The position numbers were made by a program, and so were the translations under genes. Below, piece after piece: positions 1-13,300 of a DNA stretch of 64,000 nt. Under the pieces are notes generated by a model. That model searched no databases, was not told the DNA's origin, and saw nothing but the letters and a program-made list of their open reading frames with translations. This stretch comes from Sphyrna mokarran (lineage: Eukaryota). The DNA lies in assembly GCA_024679065.1 (NCBI GenBank), contig JAGIQG010000002.1, positions 25,172,001-25,236,000 of the forward strand, written 5' to 3'. Position 1 is the first letter of the stretch; every line of letters begins with the position of its first letter.

Positions 1-815
1 AGTTTTTCAAGTTTCCTGTTCTTGGTGTGCATGTAAATTCTTTGTCTCATCTGCTTGGCAAAGTTTCGCAGCTGGTCTGCGTCCTGAGCGCAAGTTGTGA
101 ATATGTATTCCATTTTACTTTCCAGGGTGCAGCGTTTGCTATAGAGCTGGTGTATGAGGTGATTGAGGAGTGTGAGAGAGGTGCGACGGCAAAGCCTCTC
201 AGCGTAGTCCGTGTTATAGGTTGACCTGAGTGGGTTCGTGATCTGTAGTCCCTTTGGTATCCTGTCTGCTTTCTTGCATCTCTGTAGAAACTTAATGTCT
301 GTGTCGATATGTGCAATCCTCTTGGAGATCCTCTCCACTTGGATCTGGCAGTATGCGGTGTCGATAGTAGTCATGATGTAAAGATGCTGGAGTTGGACTG
401 GGGTGGTAAGAACTCAGTAAGAATTTAGCAACACCAATTTTAAATCCAACCGATTTATTTGATAGTAAATCTGCGAGCTTTCAACACTTTGTGTCTTTGT
501 CAGGCAAATGCAGTGTTCTGGTCTGCAATAGCACACCTCAGCACAGACAGTCAGAGATTGCTGATTAGAATGCGAATCCTTACATCTAACCTGCTATTCA
601 AGTGTTAAAGTGGCTAACAATGTATGTGAAGGGAATCCTAAGCATTGGTTAGAGAATTGTGTATTTTCTCCAGACAATACAGTAAGTGAGGTTTTTTGCT
701 AACCCAGGCAAGTTACGGGGGTTACAGATAGTGTGTCATGAAGCCAAGATCCCTATTAAGACCGTCCTCGTGTGCGGAACTTGGCTATCAGTCTCTGCTC
801 AGTGACTCTGCGCTG
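1..815 (-). mobile_element. Penelope-like retroelement, 5' part: pseudo-LTR (about 815-375) followed by an ORF starting at 374 that runs off the window edge
   Basis: The minus strand reads MTTIDTAYCQIQVERISKRIAHIDTDIKFLQRCKKADRIPKGLQITNPLRSTYNTDYAERLCRR...KNRKLEK, 124 codons with no stop (not in the ORF track). Upstream lie the ORF 3' end (..VTEQRLIAKFRT..LNRDLGFMTHYL*) and 3' UTR, the partial-tandem arrangement typical of PLEs. Confidence 0.85.
471..507 (-). ncRNA. Degenerate minimal hammerhead ribozyme motif in Penelope pLTR
   Basis: Minus strand TTGC-CTGACAA-A-GACAC-AAA-GTGTT-GAAA-GCTC-GCAG; the core G8 is changed to A, consistent with CpG decay. Confidence 0.55.
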
Positions 816-1145
816 GTTTAACAGAGGCTAAATACAGGGTTTACATAATTTTTCTACTTTTCAATCCTTCTAGAAATAAAACTCAATTTTTGGTTAGCTT
901 TTATATGGGCTTGTTAACCTGCAGTACAATTTGTGATTGGTATTCATACTCCAAGATTCCTTTGTCCCTGTATCCAACCTAGCTTTTCACTTTCTAAGCA
1001 ATAAATGACTTTGCTGTTCTCCTTACCAAAATGTCCAACCTCATGTTTGTCTATGTTGAACTACTTTTGCCAATGCCCATTCTGCAAGTTTTTTAACGTC
1101 CTCCTCTAATTTGTTGCAGTCCTCCTCAGTGTTGACTATCCCATT
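816..1145 (-). mobile_element. Degenerate CR1 LINE RT fragment
   Basis: GIVNTEEDCNKLEEDVKKLAEWA on the minus strand. Confidence 0.7.
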
Positions 1146-2810
1146 ATTGAAGCAGCTGAAGGAAGTTGGGCTTGGGACAATGACCTGTGGAACTCCTGCA
1201 ACAATGTTCTGGGGCTGAGATGATTGATCTCTAGCAATCACAACCATCTTTTTTTGTGCCAGGTATGACTCCATTCTTGGAGAATTTTTCCCCAATCCCA
1301 ATTGACTTCAGTTTTATTTGGGTGCCCTAATTTTTTAAATGTTGCCTTGACATCAAGGGTGGTCATTATCACCTCACTTCTGGAATTTCCCTCATGTCCG
1401 TGTTTAGTACTTCCTGAACTTATTACTCATGGCGATCGCACACTTGGGAGTGTTAATTCCTACTTATGTTGCTGCATTGTATTATTGATTGCTTTCAACA
1501 ATAATTGGGAGTAGATTTTTAGAACAGTAAATAAGCAAATTTGAATTTATAATGCATTGTGTAGATAAGGGAATACCTAGGCAATTTTCAGTCTTGTCAG
1601 GCAGGTTTTTATGTTGCAGCTCTACTAGAACAATTTGGTTAGAGTCATGGCATGTTCTAGAGCACAAATCTTCAGCACCACAGTCAGGGATGTATCAAGA
1701 CCAGTTGCTTTTAAGTGTCCATTTCACTTGGCTTTTCGTGAAGCTATCTGAAGTGGATTGCATTGGCTGAAAACTGGTATTTGTAATGCAGACTTAAGCA
1801 GGGATAGATTGGACATTTGCACTTCGGGCAAAGGATGGTTACAATTTTTTCAGCTTTATGTTTTACCCCTAAATACTTGACAATCTTTGAGGGGTGGTGT
1901 TAATTATGGAGCGGCCTTTTCTTATCCATTGCTTAATTGTCCATCAGTTGTCCAGTTGTCATAAGTCAAAACTCTGACTACAGAGTTTTGATCGTTGGTT
2001 ATGAGATCATTTGGCTGTACTCATGGCATGTTGATTTTCTGTTCAACATACAACAAATTCTGTTTTGCAATTTTGCCAAGATTGTACCTCCTTTTCTGGT
2101 GTAGTTGTTATTGTACCTAATCTTCTCATGTTCTTTTCCGCTCTTCATAAACCAGGATTAGTTATCAAACTTATTGATGGTGGAGGACTGAAGGATATGC
2201 CATCCCAGAAGTTTACAGATGATAGTGGTATTCAATCCTGTTACTAATGATAATAACTCAGTAAGAATCTAGCAACACCAATTTTAAATCCAACCGATTT
2301 ATTTGATAGTAAATCTGCGAGCTTTCGACCTTTTCATCTTTGTCAGGCAAATGCAGTGAACACTGCACTTGCCTGACAAAGACAAAAAGGTCGAAAGCTC
2401 GCAGATTTACTATCAAATAAATCGGTTGGATTTAAAATTGGTGTTGCTAGATTCTTATTGAGTTCTTACTACCCCAGTCCAACGCTGGCATCTGTACATC
2501 ATGATTACTGATAATACACAACACTTCATGGATGTCCAATTTTATGCTGGTTAGACTCTTCTTAAACTATCCCACATGTCATGTGATACTACTACCACTG
2601 TGCTATGAAGTAGGATAACCCCAATATGAAGGCAGTACTTGGTCCTTAGAAAGATTGTATGGCGGTCATTCCTATCAGGGATGCCATGAACAATTTCATT
2701 TATGACAAGTAAATTAATTAGACTAGAGTGGTCCTTTGTTTTATTTCTCTTGATTCCTGCCTCAAGCCCAGTCTGATGGCTGTGAACTTCAGTACTTGGT
2801 CAGCTCGGTT
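1146..2810 (-). mobile_element. Old CR1/L2-group LINE fragments, interrupted by a Penelope hairpin at 2255-2503
   Basis: IVAGVPQ..PTSFSCF motif; colinear similarity to 7180-9060 and 62560-63490. Confidence 0.6.
2255..2503. mobile_element. Short Penelope insertion made of inverted pLTRs (arms 2255-2358 and 2361-2464)
   Basis: Arms are near-perfect reverse complements, match 411-515 and 59957-60090, and are flanked by the probable TSD TGATAATA. Confidence 0.85.
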
Positions 2811-3034
2811 TGAAGGCTTAAAAATATGAACAATTGATGAAGAGAATTATGTCAAACTGTGAGGCTGACAAAAGATCCTATGATTGCCCAATTCTGTATC
2901 ACAGTCAGACTCAAATGCAAATTCATATAATCACAGACTCCTCCTGGTTAGAATATATACTTGAATTTTGCAGTTGTAATGAAACCATAAGTGTTAGCTG
3001 TAATTACAAACATGAAACTAATAGCAAGTTCTCA

Positions 3035-3190
3035 TAGAATCATAGGACTCTACAGTGCAAAAATAGGCCCTTCGGTCCATTGAGTCTGCATGATCACAAT
3101 CCCACCCAGGCCTATCCCCATATCCATACATATTATACCCACTTATCCCTCCAACCTATGCATCCCTTGACACTAAGGGGCAATTTCTTA
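3035..3190 (-). mobile_element. HE1/V-type SINE 3' fragment
   Basis: catagaatcatag..tacagtgcaaaaataggcccttcgg..acaatcccacccaggccctatcccc, matching 36462-36775, 57300-57595 and 61980-62260. Confidence 0.7.
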
Positions 3191-4291
3191 GCTATTCTCT
3201 GTTTATGCATAGTTAAACATGGAAATATAGGTCTTGGTTTCAGTGATTTCTCCACTCTACCACAGGGTGCACTGCTGAAGTCTGTAAAATCTTAATAATC
3301 ACTTGAATTCATGTGAATTGAAAAAGTTGTGCCTTGTTGAATGAGATGTAACAAGTTTTTAGTGGCACACTAAATTCATATTTACTATTGGCCAACTCTT
3401 TGGCCCTGAAAAAACAAGTTTGTATTCATGAAATGTCAAATTTCCCTTGTGATAAATGATGAATTTTTAAGTTTTTAGATTTTTTTCTATATTTTACTTT
3501 TTACCTTAATTCCAGGTGTACAGCCAAAGCTTAATTTCACGCTGCAATTTGTTTATAAGGGGGCAGCGGTGGTTTTTACTTCATGGTCTGCTGCTCTGTG
3601 AGAATTCTCAGTGTGACTAGCTACTTAATCGACTTGATGCCTTCACTGTTGCTGGGTGCCAGAGATCACCTTGAGCTGATGTGAGACTGAAATTACTAGA
3701 AAAATGAAATGCATTCCATAATGATCCCTAGACCCTTGCAAAAAGTTTTCTTAAAAGTGAGAGATGACCACTGTCATTTTTGTTTTGCTGATTGCAAAGT
3801 CTGTGCCATAATATCTATAACTGATATCTCTAAAGTATCAAGAGGTTGACTACATCAAGCATCTTGACTGCTGGTGTGATGTGTTTAAAATGATTTCAAT
3901 ACAAATACCTGCATAATAATCTCCTTGGTGTTCTCCCAATTAGCTAATGTAATTTTGGCAGAAGATTGGCAGACCAGTATTTACATGTGTATCTGGGGTA
4001 ATGTGCATCTTTGGCTCAAGGAGTTTTCCTGAGTAAGTTTCTAGTGTTCTAGTGTTCAGCTTCAGAATTCTTCAAAAATAAGGTAGCCCAAAAGCATTTT
4101 ATATCACTTGGTATTTTTCTCTTTCACTTGCTCTTTTGATCTGCATGTTTTGGTGACAGAATTACATTTGTACAGCTAAAAGTTAGTACAATAACTCTAA
4201 CTGCTGCAGGTGAGATTTGGTACTTCTTAGCATTATTAAAAAACACCCTGTAGACAGCATGAAGCTCATTATAAAATGTATTAACTTTCAG

Positions 4292-4363
4292 AAATTTAAA
4301 GGGGAATCGTATAACGGATCTGATTCCAGAAACTTTTGAAGGTCTCTCACATTTGAAATATTT
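4292..4363 (+). CDS. LRRC37: LRR exon A (72 nt, phase 2-2): [24 protein letters not shown]
   Basis: Acceptor ttaactttcag, donor gtaagt, 24-aa typical LRR consensus. Confidence 0.92.
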
Positions 4364-7300
4364 GTAAGTTTCAAACTTTACTTACTGCTTTTGATGATTC
4401 ATGAATTTCAGTGATTTGAAAATTTAACATCTCAACAAGTTGAAGCCAGCTGTGCGTGTTGCTTAAACCTGCTTGTAACAAGTAAGATAAATTTAATTGA
4501 TTGTTGTTTGTCCAAATATTGCATCTCTTGGAGGAGAAGAAAAACTACATTGTCTGACTTGCTATTCTATAACTCCTGCTAATTAATTATCATCAATTAA
4601 CTTGAATAGTAATTGAGTAACCATTGTCTGAGGTTTCCTAATTTCCGAATTGAAAGACATAGCATAGAACTGAAATGTTAAGTGAGAAATAAAAATGAAA
4701 ATAAGTGATAAAATCCCTCCATAGTAGGAACAGAAGAATCTGTGAATAATGATGATTTGATGGTGCGGAGTTTTCACCTCTGTGAACTGGTACAAATCTA
4801 GCACAGGTTCGTGGGTACAGTGGGCTATTCAAACAAAAAAAAATCCTGAGTAATATTCTTAGTAAGTTCAATATGAGCTGTAATAAAATAATTGAACATA
4901 TTGCCAAGTTTTTAACAAGCATAATTCACAATAGAAAATTAATTGACATTAAGCAGATAGTCTTCATCAAACTCTGGAGCAGGAAATAGAAAATCCACTT
5001 GGCAAACTAGGGATAAGATGCTTTGCTTATGGTACGTTATTGAAGCAGTGTGTGGAAAACATCTGACCATTCTTGATGCAGACAACAGTGGTTTATGTGT
5101 TAAAGAAACTGTTTCCATTGCTATCACCTAAAATTCTTGTTTTGTAAATTAAACAATTTTTAATCAAGTAAATATGAATAAAAAATTAAGTAAATATGAA
5201 TAAAAAAGGCCAATTCAATAATACTTCATTATATTGATTCTTTCAATATTTTAAGAATAAAATTAAATGTTTTATAACTATAATCAGATCTACGTTGTGA
5301 AATACAACATGCAATAATATTCCATAGATTATATCAAATGTATAGTGCTGAAACAGGCCAATCTACCCATCAGATTCCTGCTAGTGCTTATACTCCATAC
5401 AAACTTTCTTTCCCCTCTTTAGCAAGCACTATCCACATAACCTGCTATTTGTTTCTCCTTTGTGTTTATCTAGCTTTCCGTTAAATCCATCAATGCATGT
5501 TGATCCTCAAGGATCATGGGTACTCTAAATTTCATATGAACTGCACAAACTAAATTTGCAGTACATGTGAACATATGAAATAGGCAAAAAGCAGGCCATT
5601 CGGCCTTTTGAACTCCTTTGTCATTCGATAAGATGATGGTTGATCTGATTGTTTTAAGTTCCACATTCCCATCTAACCCGATGACCCAGAGGAATCAATG
5701 TACCATAAAATGGGGCCGTAGAATGCATTCAAGATAATCTTCTTGATCAGCATGTTAAGGGGTCAATTTAGAAAAAAGTTTCTTCAAATTCTTTTTTCAA
5801 TGAAACAGGCTTACCTAATAACCTTGTAGTTAAGAAGTGACTGGGGAAAGCTGATCATAATAGGGTAAAATTTTAAGTAGAGTTTGAGAGCTGTTTAGTC
5901 AAATCTGAAACTAGGGTCTTAAACAGAACAAAGTAAATGACATTTGCTTGATGAGCAAATTTGCTAAAATGGATGAAGAAACCAGATTAAACTCAGACAT
6001 TAGATAAGCAATGGAAAACATTTAAAGAATTGATTCATAATTTTCAGCAATTCCACATTCTCTTAAGGAATAAAAATGTACAGGTAAAGTGGTCCAATTG
6101 TGATTAACAAGATAATTTTAAGCCTGTATTAGATGAAAGGTAAAGGCTTATAATGTTGCCAAAAAGATCCTGATTTTAGAATTCAGCAAAAGATGACTAA
6201 GATATTCTTAAAGAGGGAGAAAATAGTATTTGAGTGTAAACTAACCAGAGACATAAAAAAAATTATAAAAGCTTTTAGAGCTATGTATAAAGGAATAGAT
6301 TGGTGAGGATAAGCATGAGTTCCTTGGAAGCAGAAACAGTTGAAATGATAATGGATAATAAGAAAATGGCAGAGATATTAAACAAATAGTCCATGTCAAT
6401 CTTCACAGAAGAAGAAACAAAAAATTTCTCGAAATAATGGGGAAACCAAAGGTCTACTAAAAGTGAGGAGATTAAGGATATTGCTATTAGTAAAGGTTGG
6501 CCCTGGAGATTTAATGGAACTAAAAGCTTACAAGAATCCTAGATCTGATGATCAATGCACTTCAGTTTTAAGAGAAGTGACTACAGAGATGGTCAATACA
6601 TTGGTTTTGATCTTCCAGAATTCCCTCAATACTAGACTCTTGAGTCCCTGTTGATTAGAAGGTAGCAAATGTAGACCCCTAATTGAGAGATGTAGACCCC
6701 TAATTGAGAAATGTGCACCCCTAATTGAGAAATGTGGACTCTCTAATTGAGAAATGTAGACCCCCTAATCGAGAAACGTCCCCTAATTGAGAAAGGCATT
6801 GGAAAGAAAACAGAATCCAGACTAGTTAACTTAACGTCAGTCAGGATTGGCCAAAATACTATAATCTTTTATCAGAAATACAATAACAGGGCACCTAGGA
6901 AATCATTAGATGAGGCAGAATCAATATGGATTTATGAAAGAAAATTCACATTTGATAAATCACTAACACAGGGTGAATAAAGGGGAAAAAGTGGAAGTAG
7001 TGCATTTGAATTTTCAGAAAGCATTGAATAAGGTGTCACACAAAAGCTTAGCAGACAAATTAGGGCTCGTGGGAATGAAGGGATATGTTAACATGAATTG
7101 ATTTAAGGACAGAAAGCAGAGTAGGAATAAAGAGCAATTTTGGGTTGACAGGCTAAAGGAACACCATGAGGATAATTACTGGCTGGCCAGCATTTATTGT
7201 CCATCCCTTCTTGCCCTTGAGAAGATGGTAGTTGGCTGCCTTCTTGAATTGCTGCAGTTCACGTGCTGTGGATTGACCCATCGTGCTGTTAGGAAGGGAA

Positions 7301-10300
7301 TTTCTGGACTTTGACCAGCGACTGTGAAGGAACAGCGATATATTTCCAAGTCAAGATGTTAAGTGGCTTGAAGAGGAACTTGCAGGTGATGGTATTCCAT
7401 TGTATTTGCTGCTCTTGTCCTTCTACATGGAAATAATCGTGGGTTTGGAAGGTGCTGTCTCAAGATCTTTGGTGAATTTCTGCAGTGCCTTTTATAGATA
7501 GTGCGCACTGCTGCTATTGAGCATCAGTGGTGGAAGGAATAGATGTTTGTGGATGTGGTGCCAACCAAGTGTGCTGCTTTGCCCTGGATGTTGTCAAGCT
7601 TCTTAAGTGTTGTCGAATCTATCCAAGGAAGTGGAGGGTATTCTATCACACTCCTGATTTGTGTCCTGTAGATAGCGGACAGGTTTTGGGGAGTCAGGAG
7701 CTGAGTTATTCGCTGCAGTATTCCGAGCTTCTGACCTGCGCTTATAGCCACTATGTTTACGTGGTAGTCCAGTTGAGTTTCTTATCATTGGTAACGCCAA
7801 GTTGACAGTGGGAGATTCAGTGTTGGTAATACCATTGAATGTCAAGGGGCAGTGGTTAGAGTGCCTCTTATTGATGATGGTCATTGCCTGGCATTTGTAT
7901 GGTGTGAATGATATTTGCCACTTGTCAGTCCAAGCCTGGATATTGTCCAGATCTTGTTGTATTTGAACATGGACTCCTTCAGTATCTGAGAAATCATGAA
8001 TGGTGCTGAACATTGATGATTGCACAGCGAACATCTCCACTGCTGACCTAATGACGGAGGAAAGGTTATTGATGAAACAGCTGAAAATGGTTGGGCTGAG
8101 GACACATTGTCAATGACACATTCTATTCATTTGGTGAAGATTGTGAATCGATTTTGGGTGGTAATTGGCTGAATTGGATGTATTCTGCTTTTACTGGGCA
8201 GGACATAGAATGTGAAAAATTGTCCAGCCAGGATAATAACCAGAATTTTAGCTGTACTATAACAGCTTGGCAAAGGGCACAACTAGTTTTGAAGTGCAGA
8301 GCTTCAATACTGCAACCAGGATATTTTCTGGGCCCATAACCTTTTCTGCTTCTCGTGTTTTCAGCTGTTTTCTTGATGCTGTGTGGAGCCAATCAGATTG
8401 GCTGAAGAGTGGCATTGATACTGGCAACTTCAAGAGAAGACTAAGCTGGATTATTCATTTAACATTTTGAGAAGAAGGTGGTTGAAAATGCTTCAGCTTT
8501 GTCTCTTGTATTGGTATGCTTCAATCCATTGTCATTAAGGATGATAATGTTTATGGAGCCTTAACTTCCAGTTGTGTGTCTCTGAGCTTTGCTTATTGCA
8601 TACTTCTGCTGTTGAGCATATAAACTGGTGTTGTAGGTTGGCATTTTTTTTGATATATCTGCTGTTGCTCCTGGCATGCTCTTCTGTACTTTTCATTGAA
8701 CCAGGATTGGTACCTTGCCTTGATAATGGTAGAGTGAGAGATTTGCCAGGACATGAATTTACACATTATAACTGAATACAACAACTGCTGCAGATAGCCC
8801 ACAATTTCTCATGGATGCCCAGATGGGCTGCCAGATCTTTTCACATCACAATGGAGGATGTCCTCACTGTGAAGATGGGACTTCATCTCCATGAGGACTA
8901 TCTAGCGATAAAGCCAGCCAATGCTGTCATGGATTGATGCATTTATGGCAAATAGATTTGTGAGGATGAGGTCATGTAGCTATTCTGCTATTTTGTTAGT
9001 TTCCTCACCATCTACCACAGGACCAGTTTGGTAGATATGTCCTTCAGGACTTAGTCAACTATTGTTCTCTTGGGCCTTGTTATCTATGTAACATGGAAAT
9101 CAGTGATTTGAGATGATATGACTAAGGGCCATAATTTCTTACTAGGGATGGAAAGTGATGACCTGCTGGAATGACAAGTATTTAAAACACACTTATCTGC
9201 TCTGGAAAACTTCAAACCTCTGCTGGCTGGAACTGTTTGGATCCTGCAGCAAAAATGTTCCCAAAAGCCACAGCTCTATGCAACTCCAGGAAACCAGCAA
9301 AATAATGCCCTCCACCCCATCCACTTCCCCCCCAGTTACATTAATGATTGTATTTATGCTATTTGCCTCTTTTGCTCTCTGCTTCTTACTTACACTCTCA
9401 GGTACCTTCACCTCGTTATCTCTGATTTCTCTCTTCCCTTCTTTGATTTTCTGTCCTCATTTTTGGAGTTAGGCTATAAACAAAACTTCATTACAAGTCC
9501 ACTGACTCCCACTTCTGTTTTCATCAACCTCAGATTCCAATCAACATAATTAGCAGAGCCCTTGATCGTTTCTATTCCATTTCCTGTACTTCTTTTGCTC
9601 CTTCTTCTTCCTAGAATGAAGTTTGGATTCTCATTGTCCTTACCTTATACCTCACCAGTTTCTGTTTAAATGGATCACCCTTTTTTGCTCATTGTTTTTG
9701 CTGCTTCTAAAGTGATGTCACCACAAAATATCCTCCAGTTTCATCCCTTCCAGTATTCTGAACAGAATATTCTCTCCATGAAACCCTGGTTCAGTCATCA
9801 ATCACCTTCTCTTCCCATATAGCTTTTCATGTAAGTGTAGGAGATAGTTGTGTCTGCCTTTTTATGCCCTGTTTTGTCATCATCATCCAAAACTCCAAAC
9901 ACTCTACCCAAGTGAGCAGCAATTTACATGTTTTTTTTTCAATTTAGTATACTCTATTTGCTACTATCATTGAAGTCTACTACTTTGGGACAACCATTTT
10001 GCAGAATGTTTGGGTTTTAAATGCAAATACTAAGCTTGCCTAGTCATGTGACTGCTACCATGAGAGAATGTCTGGGGGAATCCATGATGCATTCAGTTCA
10101 GAAAAGACATTACACTTTGAGCTTGTAACATGGTGTCAAAAGTGGAGCTGAGATTGAGTTTTAAAATGCTGGAAGAGAAGCCAGAGGAACATTGAAATGT
10201 TCCAACCTGCTAAAAACTGCTGAAAGAAATACCTGATAAGGAAAAGTTAACACAGCTAAACACTGCAAGTAAAATAGTGGATGAAACAAATATGGCTGTA

Positions 10301-13300
10301 AATTTTCCACTGCAAAATCCTGTCAAAATGAAAAGAGGCAATATTGAATTGCAGGATATAGGCTTTACTGGATAGGCCAGTATTTATTACCATTCCTAGT
10401 TGCTCTTCAGAAAGTTGATGGTGAGCTGCCTTCTTGAACTGCCATCATGTGAGAACACCATCTACCAGGGACACAGTATGTACTCTTGTTGGCCAATGTT
10501 GTCTACCTGATACTCTGCAAGAAAGGATGTCTCAAAGTGTGCTACATTAGTGAGAACATGCAGACATTACAACAATGCATGAATGAACACCGCTCAACAA
10601 TCACCAGGCAGGAGTTTCCCTTCCTGTCAGGGAAGATTTCAATAGTCACAGGCATTCAACCTCTGATCTTTGGATAAGTGCTCTTGAAAGTGGCCTTCAC
10701 GATACATGACAATGCAAAAACCGATAGCCAAGTTCTGCATACACGAGGACAGCCTCATCCAGGATCTTGGGTTCATGTCACACTATCTGTAACCCTCATG
10801 ATTTGCCTAAGCTTACAAAATCTCACTAACTGTGCTGGCTGGAGACAATTCACATTTCTTTAACCTGTGCTTAAGCTTCTCTCCATTCACATTGTCTGTA
10901 CCTATAAAGACTTGATTACCTGTAAAGACTCTCATTCCAACCATTATCTTGTAAATTGAGTTTGTGTCTATGTATGTCCTGTTTGTGAACACACCACTTC
11001 ATTCACCTGAAGAAGGAACAACACTCCGAAAACTTTGCTTCCAAATAAACCTCTTGGACTTTAAACTGGTGTTATGAGACTTCTTACTATGCCTATCACA
11101 GCTCAGCACTGGCATCTCCACATCCTGTAGGTACATCCAGAGATTGTTGTAATGCAGCCTGCAGAATCATATAGAACATAGAACATTACAGCACAGAACA
11201 GGCCCTTCGGCCTTCGATGTTGCGCCGACCAATATAAAAAGCAATGCCCCTCCAAACTAAACCATTCCCTAAATATGAATTTAGACAAATAAAAAAATGA
11301 TCTTATTGAGGATAGAGTTTTTTTTTAGGCATAAGGATTTGACAATGAGCATAGCTATTCTGAGAGAGGAGAAGCTTATTCTCAAGAAAGCATTGGATCC
11401 GTACAAAAATGCAGAAGTTGTGAAACATCAGCTGGAACACATGTTTGCAGCACAGATCAGGAAGTGCAATATGCTGAGATATTCCAATCCAAAAGAATAG
11501 AACAATCATGGATAAAGGGCAGAATGCAAATACTGTGAAGGACATCATACAAAGAAAAAGAGATCGTCCGGCATGGGAAAAGCAACGTTTTATTTACAGG
11601 GAATCGAATCATTTTGTCAAGAACAGCACTCCTCATGAAGGAAATTGAGGATGCTACAATAAAATGTGAAAACTTCCAGATTCATTGTGAAGAAGCTCCT
11701 CTTTATGTTTTAGAAGTCATCAACTCAGCAGAAACATTGAATCTGGCAGACAAGCACCTTGCTCAAATCAAGTGAAAACTTAAGATCCAACTGTTCAAAT
11801 GCTGCAGCAGGTAATGCTGAAAGAATGACCTGAGAGCTTCAAAAACATCTGTGGTCACAAGCATGTTAGGCATACTGAGACATTTTGCTTAGGTTCAAGG
11901 CTAATCACTTAGTGACAAAAAAAACACCAAAGATGCTCATTTGGCCCAGAGTTTTAGGTTATCATAACCTGAAATTCTTTCATTTCCAACTTCAGCATTG
12001 CTTACCCAAAACCTTAAAATCTGTGTTCTTTACTTGTAGCACCATCAGCTAATAGGAACAGTTTTTGTGTACTTTGTCTAAATTGGTAAAATCTTATACA
12101 TCTCCAGCAGATTTCCTAACAACCTTCTTTGCTACAAGGAGAAAAATCCCAGCTCCTCCAGCCTAGATTTCTAAATAGATTCTCTCACCTGTGGAACCAT
12201 TCCAATAAATCTCCACACTTCTCTCAATCTTCATACGTTTCTTGAAGTGTGGTGTCCAAAGTAACCCCAATGCTCCAGTTGTGGTCTAACCAGAGCTTTA
12301 TAAAATTCAACGTAACTTCCCTTCTTTTGTATTCAGTTGTTCTACTTATAAAGCCCAAGATCCCATATGCTCCACAATACCAACTTTCCACTCTACAGCT
12401 CCTATTCATTTAGACAGAATGGGGCATTTTTTGAGTAAAGCAAATCCTGCCTGGACATGTACAAATATTTATCTCTTAACATAAAAGCAAATGGAATGAA
12501 AGAGGGTTGCTTCTTATTTTTGGAGGAAGTCTCCAAAAGATTCCATTGAATTGTGGAATTTTGTTTCACTAAGTAATATTGTTGCCTTAATGATATCTAT
12601 TTCTATAAATGACCTGGATGAGGAAGTGGAGGGATGGGTTAGCAAGTTCGCTGACGATACAAAGGTCGGTGGTGTTGTGGATGGTCTGGAAGGATGCCAA
12701 AAGTTGCAGCGGGACATAGACAGGATGCAAGACTGGGCGGAGAAGTGGCAGATGGACTTCAACGCAGATAAATGTGTAGTGGTCCATTTTGGCAGGAATA
12801 ATGGGATGAAGGAGTACAATAGAAGGGGTAGGAGTCTTAGCTGTGTTGTAGAGCAGAAGGATCTCGGGGTCCGGGTCCATAGGACTCTTAAATCGGCCTC
12901 GCAGGTGGAGAAAGTGGTCAAGAAGGCATACTGTGTACTGGCCTTCATTAATTGAGGAATAGAGTTTAGGAGTCAGGAGGTAATGATGCAGCTCTATAAG
13001 ACTCTTGTCAGACCCCAGTTGGAGTATTGTGCGCAGTTCTGGTCGCCTCAATATAGGAAGGATGTAGAGGCTATTGAGAGAGTTCAGAGGAGATTTACAA
13101 GGATGCTGCCTGGATTGGGAGGCAGGCCTTATGAAGGTAGGTTGAGGGAGCTGGGACTCTTCTCACTGGAGAGACGTAGGTTGAGAGGCGACCTGATAGA
13201 GGTTTATAAAATGTTGAGAGGGATAGATAGGGTGGACTCTCAGAGACTATTTCCCCGAGCTGAAATGGTCACTACGAGAGGACACAGATTTAAGGTGCAG

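Larger units (their letters stand above)
10045..11780 (+). mobile_element. Degenerate Gypsy LTR element 5' part (LTR end, PBS, gag), interrupted by younger insertions
   Basis: ..AACA followed by PBS-like TGGTGTCAAAAGTGG at 10131; gag-like [13 protein letters not shown] and decayed Cys/His knuckles (CKYCEGHH..) near 11525-11620. Confidence 0.5.

Noticed and set aside
4160-4209. Possible 50-nt exon (gacag..CTGCAG/gtgaga) just upstream of exon A
   Set aside because: The only open frame ends in phase 1 and cannot join the phase-2 exon A; it has no LRR pattern.
5166-5207. Short tandem duplication (AAGTAAATATGAATAAAAAA twice)
   Set aside because: Ordinary slippage in an AT-rich intron.
6668-6794. 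CRISPR-like appearance of the 21-bp repeats
   Set aside because: Units are contiguous with no unique spacers, there are no cas genes, and the context is a eukaryotic LINE.
12514-13051. Long antisense ORFs over CR1 copies (also 41579-42073, 44885-45346, 56186-56557)
   Set aside because: They are shadow frames of LINE ORF2 that recur in each copy, with no independent gene signals.
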